Assembly: GCA_977020255.1 (NCBI GenBank)
Contig: CDROCS010000253.1
Coordinates: 2,418,001-2,482,000, forward strand
Length of the DNA: 64,000 bases
Direction: 5' to 3'
From: Obrimoposthia wandeli
Lineage: Eukaryota
Numbering within the stretch: the stretch's first letter is position 1; each line of letters begins with the position of its first letter. Of the stretch, positions 1 through 9,752 are shown in pieces. Below the pieces are notes generated by a model. That model had not been told where the DNA came from, searched no databases, and saw only the letters and a program-made list of their open reading frames with translations. The translations under genes were made by a program, and so were the position numbers.

Positions 1-34
1 TGATGATGAGTGGGATGAGCTTAAAGAATTCTAA
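1..34 (+). CDS. 3' end of a gene cut by the window edge, probably chemotaxis protein CheW
   Basis: Frame from nt 2 reads DDEWDELKEF*. This resembles the C-terminus of Vibrio/Shewanella CheW, and cheW usually precedes DUF2802. Only 10 residues are visible. Confidence 0.5.
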   Translation, partial: DDEWDELKEF

Positions 35-150
35 TTTTACCATTACTTCAGCGCTGTAATTATTTGTCAGAAGAAAGTCTGTATTAGCAGACTTTTGTAT
101 TTTATAGTTATGTAGTTTTCGTTTAGTTTTATTCAAGGCAAAAGTTCTTA

Positions 151-621
151 ATGTCATTATTAGCCGTACCAATTATTGCAGTGCTAGCCCTGTTTCTGGT
201 GTTACTCACCAGTACCTTTATATTTGTTTATTTTACTAAACTCAAAAGTAAAGTGGTAATGCTGAATAGTCAAATGCAAAGTACATGTTTACTGGTTAAT
301 GAATTACAAATATTAAATAGCAAGTTACAGCAAGAGTTTGATGCTATGGCAGTAAGTAATGAGCAGCTTGCCGCTGAAAATGAACAAGTCTCAAAACAGT
401 TAGAGCATCGAATTAAAAGCTTACAAGACCAAGCTTTCGAGCAACAACAGCTATTAACACAGTGGCAAGAAAGCCAAGGACAGGATAAATTTTATAATCG
501 AGCCTTTAAATTAGCTGCAAAGGGAGCTGATATTGAAGAGATTATAAGTGAATGTGAACTACCGCGAGCAGAAGTGGAAATGCTACTTTCAGTCTACCGA
601 CAACGTGCCCGCTCCCAGTAA
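151..621 (+). CDS. DUF2802 family membrane-anchored coiled-coil protein
   Basis: N-terminal TM helix, Q/E-rich coiled coil, C-terminal YNRAFKLAAKGADIEEIISECELPRAEVEML motif. Confidence 0.85.
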   Translation: MSLLAVPIIAVLALFLVLLTSTFIFVYFTKLKSKVVMLNSQMQSTCLLVNELQILNSKLQQEFDAMAVSNEQLAAENEQVSKQLEHRIKSLQDQAFEQQQLLTQWQESQGQDKFYNRAFKLAAKGADIEEIISECELPRAEVEMLLSVYRQRARSQ

Positions 622-757
622 AATTTGTACTCTCCATTATTTACTGTAATAAATATTGTAAAACTGTACTCAAACGTTATTCACTCAACTGTGCATTTTA
701 TGTTAAAGTGCTCTCGTTTTTAATACGCCTTCATGTAACGGCAAGGATCTAAGCCCA

Positions 758-1558
758 GTGAGTTCAGCTACAATGCTATATTTTCGACTTCTTATATTAG
801 TTTTTATTCTCATTCTCTCGGGGTGTTCAACGACGCCGGAACAAAAAATTCAAGAAGAGGTGGCTGAATCTACTAATTTTAGTGACCCAAGAGATCCCTT
901 TGAAGTTATAAATAGGCCATTTTGGACGTTTACTTGGGATTACGTAGATAAATATATTGCTAAACCTGCCTCAGAAGTTTATACCACTTACACGCCACCG
1001 TTTTTGCGTACTGGTTTATATAATATGGCATTAAATTTAAATGAACCTGCGAGTATTATTAATAACGTACTCCAGCTAAAGTTTACAGCCGCGGCAAAAA
1101 ATACCGGTAGATTTGTACTTAACTCCACTATTGGTTTATTTGGATTTTATGATCCCGCCAGTGATTTTGAATGGTCTGGTGAACAAGAAGAATTTGGTGA
1201 GGTATTAGGTACGTATGGCATTGGCGATGGACCCTATTTAGTTGTTCCAGGATTGGGACCAAGTTCTGTTCGTGAAGAGGTTGGTGATTACGTTGATGGT
1301 CTTTATTGGCCTTTAGCTATCATTGACTTTTGGCCTAACATCGCTCGTTTAGGGATATTAGCATTAGAGAAAAGATCTGCAGTACGAGATCAGGAGCAAT
1401 TAGTGGTCGAGTCTGAGGACCCGTATGAATTTATTAAAAATGCATACTTTCAAAACATGAACTATAGACTCTATGATGGTAATCCACCGATCATAATTAA
1501 CGAAGCTGAAGAAGCAGAAATAGATGCTTTGCTCGATGATTTTGATGATATAGACTAA
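758..1558 (+). CDS. mlaA: MlaA/VacJ outer-membrane lipid asymmetry lipoprotein
   Basis: Lipobox LSGC; DPFEVINR, RFVLNSTIGLFG, EEFGEVLG and GPYLVVPGLGPS motifs; GTG start. Confidence 0.93.
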   Translation: MSSATMLYFRLLILVFILILSGCSTTPEQKIQEEVAESTNFSDPRDPFEVINRPFWTFTWDYVDKYIAKPASEVYTTYTPPFLRTGLYNMALNLNEPASIINNVLQLKFTAAAKNTGRFVLNSTIGLFGFYDPASDFEWSGEQEEFGEVLGTYGIGDGPYLVVPGLGPSSVREEVGDYVDGLYWPLAIIDFWPNIARLGILALEKRSAVRDQEQLVVESEDPYEFIKNAYFQNMNYRLYDGNPPIIINEAEEAEIDALLDDFDDID

Positions 1559-1619
1559 TTTTAGAATAAACGAGTACCTATGCCGATAACTATTTGTTAG
1601 AATTGCGGCAATTTTTATA

Positions 1620-1932
1620 TATAGCCATTCTACTTGAAGATGCAGGATTCAGCTGGAATTATAAACGCCTTTAGGAAAGGCATTGATTGAAGAGAATAGT
1701 TATTCTATTGTCTAAATCAATAACGTAGCATAAAGCGTTTATAAACCAGCCCTTTGGGGAAAACTGAGCAAGCCATACCCGTGGTTACATTTGTTTTTAA
1801 GATCGCTACATGGATGTAGTTTATTAGAGAATGCAGGAGCGTATTCTCCTGAATAACCCTTAACAAAAAATGTGCCTTGATTATGATTCGCCAGATTTCC
1901 TGAAACAAGCATCTTCAGATGGAGTGGGTATA
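1620..1932 (-). mobile_element. MITE family A copy 1 (313 bp, ERIC-like), opposite orientation to the other copies
   Basis: Ends TATAGCCATTCTACTTGAAGATGC...GCATCTTCAGATGGAGTGGGTATA are imperfect terminal inverted repeats. The ~130-bp core is the reverse complement of the core in the copies at 10085, 23745, 60168 and 63611. Confidence 0.85.
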
Positions 1933-1953
1933 CACCCTAATTGGAATTATTAA

Positions 1954-2418
1954 ATGAATATTATTGAAGGTTCGTTTGAAGCAAAAGGCAAGAAGTTTGC
2001 TATTGTTGTATCGCGTTTTAATCACTTTATAGTTGATAGTTTATTAGAAGGTGCAGTTGATGCCCTTAAACGTCATGGTAATGTTAATGACGAAGATATT
2101 ACTATTGTTCGTGTACCGGGTGCTTATGAGTTACCTTTAGCGGCTAAAAAAATTGCAGCAAAAGGTGAGTCAGATGCAATTATTGCTATTGGTGCTGTAA
2201 TTCGTGGTGGTACTCCACACTTTGATTTTGTTGCTGGTGAATGTAATAAAGGTCTAGCGCAAGTTTGTTTAGAATCTGAAATTCCAGTTTCATTTGGTGT
2301 AATAACCACAGACTCAATTGAACAAGCAATTGAACGAGCCGGTACTAAAGCAGGTAATAAGGGTGCTGAAGCTGCTCTTGGTGCATTAGAAATGGTTAAT
2401 GTACTAGCTCAAATTTAA
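1954..2418 (+). CDS. ribH: 6,7-dimethyl-8-ribityllumazine synthase
   Basis: [26 protein letters not shown] and GTKAGNKG motifs. Confidence 0.98.
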   Translation: MNIIEGSFEAKGKKFAIVVSRFNHFIVDSLLEGAVDALKRHGNVNDEDITIVRVPGAYELPLAAKKIAAKGESDAIIAIGAVIRGGTPHFDFVAGECNKGLAQVCLESEIPVSFGVITTDSIEQAIERAGTKAGNKGAEAALGALEMVNVLAQI

Positions 2419-2449
2419 TTTCTGAACTTAAGAAAGATGGAAACATATT

Positions 2450-2866
2450 GTGAAACCTTCTCCTAGAAGAAAAGCCCGTGAACTTGCTGTACAAGCTATT
2501 TATTCATGGCAAGTTAGTAAAAACCCAGTAAACGAAATTGAAGTTAACTTCATTGCAGAAAACAGCAAACGTCGCTTTGATATTGAATACTTTCAATTAT
2601 TATTACGCGGTGTAACAGCTAATGTTGGTGCGATAGATGCTGCTATTTCTCCTTATGTAGATCGCCCTCTTGATGATATTGATCAAGTAGAAAAATCGAT
2701 ATTACGTGTGGCAGTATTTGAGTTAAAAGACTGTACTGATGTGCCTTATCGTGTAGTGATTAATGAGGCTATCGAATTAGCTAAATCATTTGCAGCAGAT
2801 GATAGCCATAAGTTTGTTAACGGTGTTTTAGATAAAACCGTTAAATTAATTCGCCCTCAAGAGTAA
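2450..2866 (+). CDS. nusB: Transcription antitermination factor NusB
   Basis: RRKARELAVQAIYSW, VVINEAIELAKSF and FVNGVLD motifs; follows ribH. Confidence 0.98.
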   Translation: MKPSPRRKARELAVQAIYSWQVSKNPVNEIEVNFIAENSKRRFDIEYFQLLLRGVTANVGAIDAAISPYVDRPLDDIDQVEKSILRVAVFELKDCTDVPYRVVINEAIELAKSFAADDSHKFVNGVLDKTVKLIRPQE

Positions 2867-2904
2867 CCTACTAATAGTAAAATATTAGTGACTAAAGGCT
2901 TAGT

Positions 2905-3867
2905 ATGAAAGAGTTCGAGTTGATAAAGCATTTCTTCACCAAACAAGCCGTCAAACGCAAGGATGTTGTGCTTGGTATTGGGGATGACTGTGCTGTTTTA
3001 TCACCTATTGAGAATCAAAATATAGTAGTAACTACAGATACACTAGTTGCTGGTGTACACTTTCCATTTGAAACTAGCCCTAGGGCTATAGGTCATAAAG
3101 CCGTTGCAGTTAATTTATCTGATATTGCTGCAATGGGAGCTAAGCCAAGTTGGTTATCTTTAGCAATAACGTTACCTAATATAGATGAAGCTTGGTTAAT
3201 TGAATTTTGTGAAGGTGTCTTTGAATTATGTGAGTTTTATAATGTAGAACTCATTGGCGGGGATACCACGCAAGGTCCGTTAAGTATAACCATTACTGCA
3301 CAAGGGCTTATACCTCAAGGGAGTTATTTATCCCGTTCTGGTGCTAAATCGGGTGATTGGCTTTATGTCACTGGCGAACTTGGTGATGCCGCTTTAGCTT
3401 TACAACAAATAACCGGTAAAGTAGATATTGAGCCACAGTTTATTGATATTATAAAACAGAAGCTTGATTACCCCAAACCGCGTGTATTAGCGGGACAAAC
3501 ACTGCGTGAATATGCTTCTTCTGCAATTGACCTTTCTGATGGGTTAATTGCTGATTTGGGTCATATATGTCAAGCATCTAATGTTGGCGCCAATATTGTG
3601 CTTGATGCGCTACCCCTCTCTACTATTATGCGTGATAGTTTACTTGCGGATGATGCCATTACCTTGGCACTATCCGGAGGTGATGACTATGAGCTGTTGT
3701 TTACAGTGTCCGAAGATAACAAGGTGGGTATGGAAACAGCAATGTCTCATGCCGGTACACCAGTGACTTGCATTGGACAATTGAATGCATCTCAGACGAT
3801 CACGACAACATTGAATAATAAATCAATTCCAATTACGACTGCAGGTTTCGAGCATTTCGCTGAATAG
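2905..3867 (+). CDS. thiL: Thiamine-monophosphate kinase
   Basis: GIGDDCA, NLSDIAAMGA, GGDTT, AIDLSDGL and GGDDYEL motifs. Confidence 0.97.
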   Translation: MKEFELIKHFFTKQAVKRKDVVLGIGDDCAVLSPIENQNIVVTTDTLVAGVHFPFETSPRAIGHKAVAVNLSDIAAMGAKPSWLSLAITLPNIDEAWLIEFCEGVFELCEFYNVELIGGDTTQGPLSITITAQGLIPQGSYLSRSGAKSGDWLYVTGELGDAALALQQITGKVDIEPQFIDIIKQKLDYPKPRVLAGQTLREYASSAIDLSDGLIADLGHICQASNVGANIVLDALPLSTIMRDSLLADDAITLALSGGDDYELLFTVSEDNKVGMETAMSHAGTPVTCIGQLNASQTITTTLNNKSIPITTAGFEHFAE

Positions 3868-3912
3868 CCTTTTTTGCAATTTACTACTCATTAATCAATA
3901 AGCATTTATTAT

Positions 3913-4386
3913 ATGTCGGGTAAAAATAGACAAGTTAACTTTAACCTTGCTAATCCAATTCAGTTTTTAGCACTAGGTTTTGGTAGCGGACTAGCACCAA
4001 AAGCGCCAGGCACTTTTGGTACGCTTGCTGCGGTGCCATTATTTTTGCTAATGAGCGGCTTATCTCCATTATTCTATGGCTTACTGGTATTAGCTGTATG
4101 TATCTCAGGTATTTACATTTGCGGTAAAGCGGCTAGTGATGTTGGCGTTCACGACCATGGTGCCATTGTTTGGGATGAGTTCGCAGGTTTTTTTATAACG
4201 ATGTTTATGGTGCCTGTGAGTTGGCAGAGTGTTCTAGTCGGTTTTATCTTATTTCGAATTTTCGATATTGCTAAACCCTGGCCAATATCTGTTGCAGATA
4301 AAAAACTAACGGGTGGCTTTGGTATTATGTTTGATGACGTGTTGGCCGGAATATTTTCACTGGTTATTATGCACATTATTTTCTAA
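3913..4386 (+). CDS. pgpA: Phosphatidylglycerophosphatase A
   Basis: GFGSGLAPKAPGTFGT, IVWDEFAG, FRIFDIAKPWPI and GIMFDDVLAG motifs. Confidence 0.97.
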   Translation: MSGKNRQVNFNLANPIQFLALGFGSGLAPKAPGTFGTLAAVPLFLLMSGLSPLFYGLLVLAVCISGIYICGKAASDVGVHDHGAIVWDEFAGFFITMFMVPVSWQSVLVGFILFRIFDIAKPWPISVADKKLTGGFGIMFDDVLAGIFSLVIMHIIF

Positions 4387-4743
4387 CTAGTTCGCTGTTA
4401 ATCTTTCAAAAACGCTGCCTTTTAGATTAATTTAAAGTCGCTCTAAATTGAATGCACTTTACTCAGTAATAAAAATAGCGCCCCTAATTAACCATTAGTT
4501 GCGTTTTTATTCATTTCTTTACTTTAGATCAATAGTATTTCATCGATTTTTACGCTATTTTTAATGCTAGCTGATTAGTGATGCTATTTGACAGAATGTT
4601 GTTAGTATTTTATAAATATTTAGCATATTTACTTGTTTTAGCAAAACTTGCCCTCAGGTCTATTATTAAGTGACACATTGTTATGTAGATAAAATGTCAT
4701 TTAGGTTAATTAGTCTTTAAGTAATAGTAAAAAAGGAATACCT

Positions 4744-5100
4744 ATGAAAATAAATCTTTCTGGTCATCACGTAGAAGTTAATGACTCAATCAAAGAGCAT
4801 ATCGAAGAAAAATTCTCTAAAATAGCCAACCATTTTCCAACACTAATTGCCTTAGATGTAATTATTTCTAAAGAACACCATAAGCATCAAGTGGAGTTAA
4901 CCACAAATTATGAAGGTGGCCGTATTTCTGCCACGGGCACTGATGAAGTTATGTATCCGGCAATTGCTAGTGCAGCTAAAAAATTAGATGCTGCGCTTAA
5001 ACATAGAAAGGGGCAATTAAAAGCCAACTTACATGCAAAACCAGATGCTACTACACCTGAAATTGCTCATGAGAAGGTTCAAGAGATGAACTTAGCTTAA
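4744..5100 (+). CDS. Ribosome hibernation factor (HPF/RaiA, S30AE family) paralog
   Basis: MKINLSGHHVEVNDSIKEHIEEKFSK start and MYPAIASAAKKLDAALK helix typical of HPF/RaiA. Confidence 0.85.
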   Translation: MKINLSGHHVEVNDSIKEHIEEKFSKIANHFPTLIALDVIISKEHHKHQVELTTNYEGGRISATGTDEVMYPAIASAAKKLDAALKHRKGQLKANLHAKPDATTPEIAHEKVQEMNLA

Positions 5101-5119
5101 AGCTCAAAGTGTAAATAAC

Positions 5120-5156
5120 AAAAAAGCTGTTGAACTTCGTTCGCAGCTTTTTTTTT
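5120..5156 (+). terminator. Rho-independent terminator after the HPF paralog
   Basis: GCTG(T)TGAAC-TTC-GTTCGCAGC stem followed by a T9 run. Confidence 0.8.
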
Positions 5157-5271
5157 GCTAATTATTTGTACTATTCTTCAATTAGTACAAATAATTACTG
5201 TATTGAATACCCCCTGTGTAATAATCAACATAATTCATAATAAAAGCATTAACCTTAAAAGGAATAATTTG

Positions 5272-6522
5272 ATGCTCAAGCGCTCTTTAAAACAACCTAA
5301 TAAACCTAGTTTAACAACGAGTAAACTTATATTTTTCGGACTTTTATCTCTAATACTTACCGCTTGTAGTAAGGAAGAAGTCAAGGTTAAACCTCCTGCA
5401 CCAGCAGTTTCTGTCTACTCAATTAAATCACAACCTATTGGCGGCTACCGTGAGTTTGTTGCGCGTACAGAAGCTTTTAAAGAAGCTAATTTACGAGCGC
5501 GTGTTGAAGGTGAATTAACTGAACGTCACTTTAAAGAAGGTAGTAATGTTGAAAAAGGTCAAGTGCTCTTAAGAATTGACCCCGCGGCCTATGAAGCAGC
5601 CTTATCAGCGGCAAAAGCTGACTTAAGCTCGAGAGTATCAGGCGAAGACAATGCGAAGCGTAATTTAAAGCGAGCCAATGAACTTATTGATGATGGCTAT
5701 ATTTCTCAATCAGACTTTGACCGATTAACGACTGAGGAGTCACAAGCTAAATCAGCAGTTAAGGCTGCACAAGCGTCACTTGAAAAAGCGGAACTTGATT
5801 TAAGTTATACCACCATAACAGCACCTTTTAGTGGTCGTATTGGTAAAGTGAATTACAACGTAGGGAATGTTGTTGGCCCTACTAGCAGTCCTCTGGCTAC
5901 TCTTATAATAAGTAATCCTATCTTTGTTAGCTTCCAAGTGGAAGAAAGCATCTATATTTCATACCAACAAGCGCATCAGGGATCGAAGAGTGAAGAAGGA
6001 GGGGAGTTTGATATTTCGTTGCGTTTACCAAACAACTCTGAATATCCAGAAAAAGGAAAATTAGATTTTGCTGATACGAAAATTTCAGAAGGAATGGGGA
6101 CAGTAGAACTTAGAACTGTTTTTCCTAATCCTCAAAATATTATTTTACCAGGTTTATTTGTTACCTTGATTCTTGAAAGTCAAAGTAAAGAAGAAATGGC
6201 GTTAATTCCTCAGGCGGCAGTGCAAGAAAGCCAGCAAGGAAAATTTGTTTTAATTGTTGATGAAAATAATAAAGTGATACAACGTCACGTAGTACTAGGT
6301 CGAAGAATTAATGCAATGTGGGTTGCTGAAAAGGGTGTTGCTATAGGTGAAAAAGTCATCGTAGAAGGATTACAAAAGGTTCGTTCTGGTGTCGAAGTTA
6401 GGGGCGTTGAGAAGCATGTTGACCCTGTTATTGGAACAATATCTGACCTTGATAATAAAGCCGTTGACTCTTCAAAAGTAATTGAGCCAAATATTAGCCC
6501 TAGTGCTGTAGCCGATAAGTAA
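5272..6522 (+). CDS. RND efflux periplasmic adaptor (MFP) lipoprotein
   Basis: Lipobox LTAC, ARVEGEL, LSYTTITAPFSGRIG and EGLQKVR motifs. Start moved from 5155 to the ATG at 5272, which follows an AAGGA RBS. Confidence 0.92.
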   Translation: MLKRSLKQPNKPSLTTSKLIFFGLLSLILTACSKEEVKVKPPAPAVSVYSIKSQPIGGYREFVARTEAFKEANLRARVEGELTERHFKEGSNVEKGQVLLRIDPAAYEAALSAAKADLSSRVSGEDNAKRNLKRANELIDDGYISQSDFDRLTTEESQAKSAVKAAQASLEKAELDLSYTTITAPFSGRIGKVNYNVGNVVGPTSSPLATLIISNPIFVSFQVEESIYISYQQAHQGSKSEEGGEFDISLRLPNNSEYPEKGKLDFADTKISEGMGTVELRTVFPNPQNIILPGLFVTLILESQSKEEMALIPQAAVQESQQGKFVLIVDENNKVIQRHVVLGRRINAMWVAEKGVAIGEKVIVEGLQKVRSGVEVRGVEKHVDPVIGTISDLDNKAVDSSKVIEPNISPSAVADK

Positions 6523-6536
6523 ACAAGGACGATTTT

Positions 6537-9500
6537 ATGATCAGTAAAACTTTTATCAATCGACCTAAATTTGCCTTTGTAATATCTATTGTCATTACAC
6601 TGGCTGGCTTAATTGCCATGAGCGTATTACCGGTAAATATGTACCCTGAAATTACACCTCCTCAGGTGCAAATTTCAGCCGTCTATCCAGGGGCAAGTGC
6701 TCAAATTGTAGAAGAATCAGTTATCAGGCCCATTGAAGAACAGATCAATGGTGTTGAAGATATGATGTATATTGAATCTTCCGCTTCAAATAATGGCAGC
6801 GCTGTAATAACGGTATTTTTTAAAGTTGGCACTGATGGCGATATTGCACAAGTTAATGTACAAAACAGGGTCGCACTAGCAACGAGTTCATTACCATCAG
6901 AGGTAACGCGACAAGGCGTTGATGTTAAGAAAAAATCAAGTGCTATGCTATTAGGCATTAACTTATTCTCTGAACAGGAAAGTATCAACCAACTCTTCTT
7001 AAGTAACTATGCTACAAATTACCTGACTGAACCTTTAGGGCGTATCAAAGGTGTTGCCTCAGCAGAAGTTATGGGTGAAATGACCTATAGCATGCGAGTA
7101 TGGCTTAACCCTGAACGTATGGCTTCACTTAGTATTACTGTTACTGAAGTACAACAGGCATTACAAGAACAGAATATGATAGTTGCTGCTGGTAAGTTGG
7201 GTGCTAGTCCAACATTACCTAATCAGCAATTTGAGTACTCTATACAAGCGAAAGGTCGTTTGCAAACGCCTGATGAATTCGGTCAAACCATAATTCGAGC
7301 CCAGCGTAATGGTAACTTTATCCGTTTAAGTGATATTGCTCGTTTAGAGCTAGGTGCTGAAGACTACTCAACACAAGCAAGATTAAATGGTAAAGAGACA
7401 GCCTTCCTTGTTATTTATCAATTACCCGATGCTAACGCTACAGAGGTTGCTTCTTTAGTAAAAGCTGAAATGGAAAAACTTTCTCAGCGTTTTCCTGATG
7501 GTTTAAAGTATGTCATTCCATACGATACCACTGAGTTTATTGACCGCTCAATTGAAGAGGTTATGGTTACCTTATTCCAAGCCATTGTCTTAGTAGTATT
7601 AGTTGTTTTTTTATTCCTACAAAATTGGCGTGCGACCATCATTCCCACACTCGCAATTCCAGTATCACTCGTGGGTACCTTTGCCTTTATGGTGTTGATG
7701 GGATATTCAATTAACACGGTTACCTTATTTGGTTTGGTTCTCGCCATTGGTATCGTTGTTGATGACGCTATTATTGTTATTGAAAATGTTGAACGTATTT
7801 TAAAAGAAGAGCAACTACCGATTAAAGAAGCGGTAACCAAAGCCATGGAGCAAGTCTCTGGACCTATAATTGCAACCACCTTGGTATTACTTGCCGTATT
7901 TGTCCCTGTTGCTTTTATGCCGGGCATAACGGGTGAATTGTACAAACAATTCTCGGTAACCATTTCTTTTGCAGTACTTATTTCTTCATTAAATGCGTTA
8001 ACGCTAAGTCCTGCATTATGTACTGTGCTTTTAAGTGCAGAAAAGATGAAACCAATTACCTGGTTATTACCATTTGAACGTCTTATTACTAAGCTGACTG
8101 GCGGCTATACTAATACTGTTGGCTTTATGCTTAAGCGACTTACCAGGGTAGGGCTTTTTGTCGGTTTGATTTTTATTGCTGCGGGTTGGTTAACAACAGC
8201 TGTGCCAACGGCTTTTTTACCTGCAGAAGATCAAGGTTATCTCTTTGTTGATGTTCAGTTACCTGATGCAGCATCAAGTAATCGTTCTCAAGCTGTTTTG
8301 GATAAAATAACTCCAATTATTTTAAATGATCCGGCTGTTGATGACATTATTACTGTATCAGGCTTTTCATTACTTGGTGGTGCTGGTTCAAATAATGGTC
8401 TTGCCATTATAATCCTTAAAGATTGGGAAGATCGTACTGCACCGGAGCTTGGATTAAAGCAGATAATACCTCGTTTAATGGGGCAGTTATGGACGATGCC
8501 GGATGCTCAAATCATGGTCTTTAACCCCCCTCCAATTCCTGGCTTAGGTAATAGTTCAGGTTTTGACTTTAAATTGCAAGATGGTGAAGGTCGAGATCCT
8601 GCCGAATTAGCGCAAGTGATGAATGGTCTTATTTATGAAGCTAATCAGCGACCTGAATTATCACGTGTATTTAGTACTTATCGCGCTAATGTACCGCAGT
8701 ATTTTTTAGAGGTCGATCGTAATAAAGCTAAAGCACAAGGTGTTGCATTATCGGATATATTTTCTACTTTGCAAGCACAGTTAGGTTCCTTATATATTAA
8801 TGATTTTAGTCAGTTTGGGCGTACTTATCGTGTGACAATTCAGGCGGAAAGTAAATATAGAGCTGAACCGTCAGATCTTCGATATTACTTCGTCCGAAAC
8901 AAAGATGACGAAATGGTGCCATTAACGACCTTAGCAACAATTAAACCTATCTTAGGACCAACAACGATTAGTCACTTTAACTTATATCGTAGTGCAAGTA
9001 TCACAGGTAATGCTTCACCGGGTTATTCTTCAGGGCAATCTATTGAAGTAATGGAAGAGCTTGCGAGTAAGTTACCGCAGGGTTATATTTATGAATGGTC
9101 AGGGCAGTCTAAACAAGAATTAGAAGCGGGTAACTTAGCTCCGATACTATTTGGTTTAGCTATCATCTTTGTTTACCTATTCTTAGTAGCACAGTATGAA
9201 AGTTGGACTATCCCATTCTCAGTGATAGCAGCGGTACCTTTAGCCTTGTTTGGTGCTATGTTAGCGTTGTACACAGTAGGTATGGCTAATAATATTTATG
9301 CACAAGTTGGTTTAGTATTATTAATAGGTCTTTCTACCAAAACGGCAATTTTGATTGTTGAATTTGCCATGGAGCAGAGAGCTGCGGGTGAAACGATAAT
9401 GAATGCGGCACTTAATGCGGCAAAAATGCGTTTTCGTGCGGTATTAATGACGGCATTTTCGTTTATATTAGGTGTATTACCGCTTGTTTTTGCAACCGGG

Positions 9501-9650
9501 GCTGGGGCTGGAAGTCGTGTGTCTTTAGGTATTACTGTACTCGCGGGTATGATTGCCGCAACACTGTTTGGTACTTTGCTTGTGCCTTACTTCTACCTAT
9601 TAATTCAACGTATGCGAGAAAAAATTAAAGGTGAATCAGACGTAACATAA
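6537..9650 (+). CDS. RND multidrug efflux permease (HAE1 family)
   Basis: FINRPKFAFVIS, GIVVDDAIIVIENVER and RFRAVLMT proton-relay motifs; 1037 aa. Confidence 0.96.
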   Translation: MISKTFINRPKFAFVISIVITLAGLIAMSVLPVNMYPEITPPQVQISAVYPGASAQIVEESVIRPIEEQINGVEDMMYIESSASNNGSAVITVFFKVGTDGDIAQVNVQNRVALATSSLPSEVTRQGVDVKKKSSAMLLGINLFSEQESINQLFLSNYATNYLTEPLGRIKGVASAEVMGEMTYSMRVWLNPERMASLSITVTEVQQALQEQNMIVAAGKLGASPTLPNQQFEYSIQAKGRLQTPDEFGQTIIRAQRNGNFIRLSDIARLELGAEDYSTQARLNGKETAFLVIYQLPDANATEVASLVKAEMEKLSQRFPDGLKYVIPYDTTEFIDRSIEEVMVTLFQAIVLVVLVVFLFLQNWRATIIPTLAIPVSLVGTFAFMVLMGYSINTVTLFGLVLAIGIVVDDAIIVIENVERILKEEQLPIKEAVTKAMEQVSGPIIATTLVLLAVFVPVAFMPGITGELYKQFSVTISFAVLISSLNALTLSPALCTVLLSAEKMKPITWLLPFERLITKLTGGYTNTVGFMLKRLTRVGLFVGLIFIAAGWLTTAVPTAFLPAEDQGYLFVDVQLPDAASSNRSQAVLDKITPIILNDPAVDDIITVSGFSLLGGAGSNNGLAIIILKDWEDRTAPELGLKQIIPRLMGQLWTMPDAQIMVFNPPPIPGLGNSSGFDFKLQDGEGRDPAELAQVMNGLIYEANQRPELSRVFSTYRANVPQYFLEVDRNKAKAQGVALSDIFSTLQAQLGSLYINDFSQFGRTYRVTIQAESKYRAEPSDLRYYFVRNKDDEMVPLTTLATIKPILGPTTISHFNLYRSASITGNASPGYSSGQSIEVMEELASKLPQGYIYEWSGQSKQELEAGNLAPILFGLAIIFVYLFLVAQYESWTIPFSVIAAVPLALFGAMLALYTVGMANNIYAQVGLVLLIGLSTKTAILIVEFAMEQRAAGETIMNAALNAAKMRFRAVLMTAFSFILGVLPLVFATGAGAGSRVSLGITVLAGMIAATLFGTLLVPYFYLLIQRMREKIKGESDVT

Positions 9651-9673
9651 GCCTTTTATTAAGGTAGAGGTAG

Positions 9674-9703
9674 AAAAATGGCACTCAATGAGTGCCATTT
9701 TTT
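9674..9703. terminator. Bidirectional terminator between the RND permease and DUF2986
   Basis: AAAAATGGCACTC-AAT-GAGTGCCATTTTT perfect hairpin between convergent genes. Confidence 0.85.
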
Positions 9704-9752
9704 ATTAACCTACCGGTAACACACCTGCTAACTACGACATGTTAATTAGGAG

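Noticed and set aside
1562-1589. Sigma28-like GCCGATAA boxes at 1582 and 61321
   Set aside because: The -10 matches, but TAAA is 11 nt away at the first site and about 20 nt away at the second, not the required 15.
1717-1908. 63-aa track ORF (also 9963-10151 as a stand-alone gene and 63434-63658)
   Set aside because: These lie within or run into MITEs. Only the 3' part of 9963-10151 is real coding sequence, belonging to the split gene.
5155-5271. Track start for the RND adaptor (and 51463 for seqA, 18268 and 50448 for small genes)
   Set aside because: The extensions overlap terminator or promoter DNA and lack an RBS; downstream ATGs fit the family N-termini.
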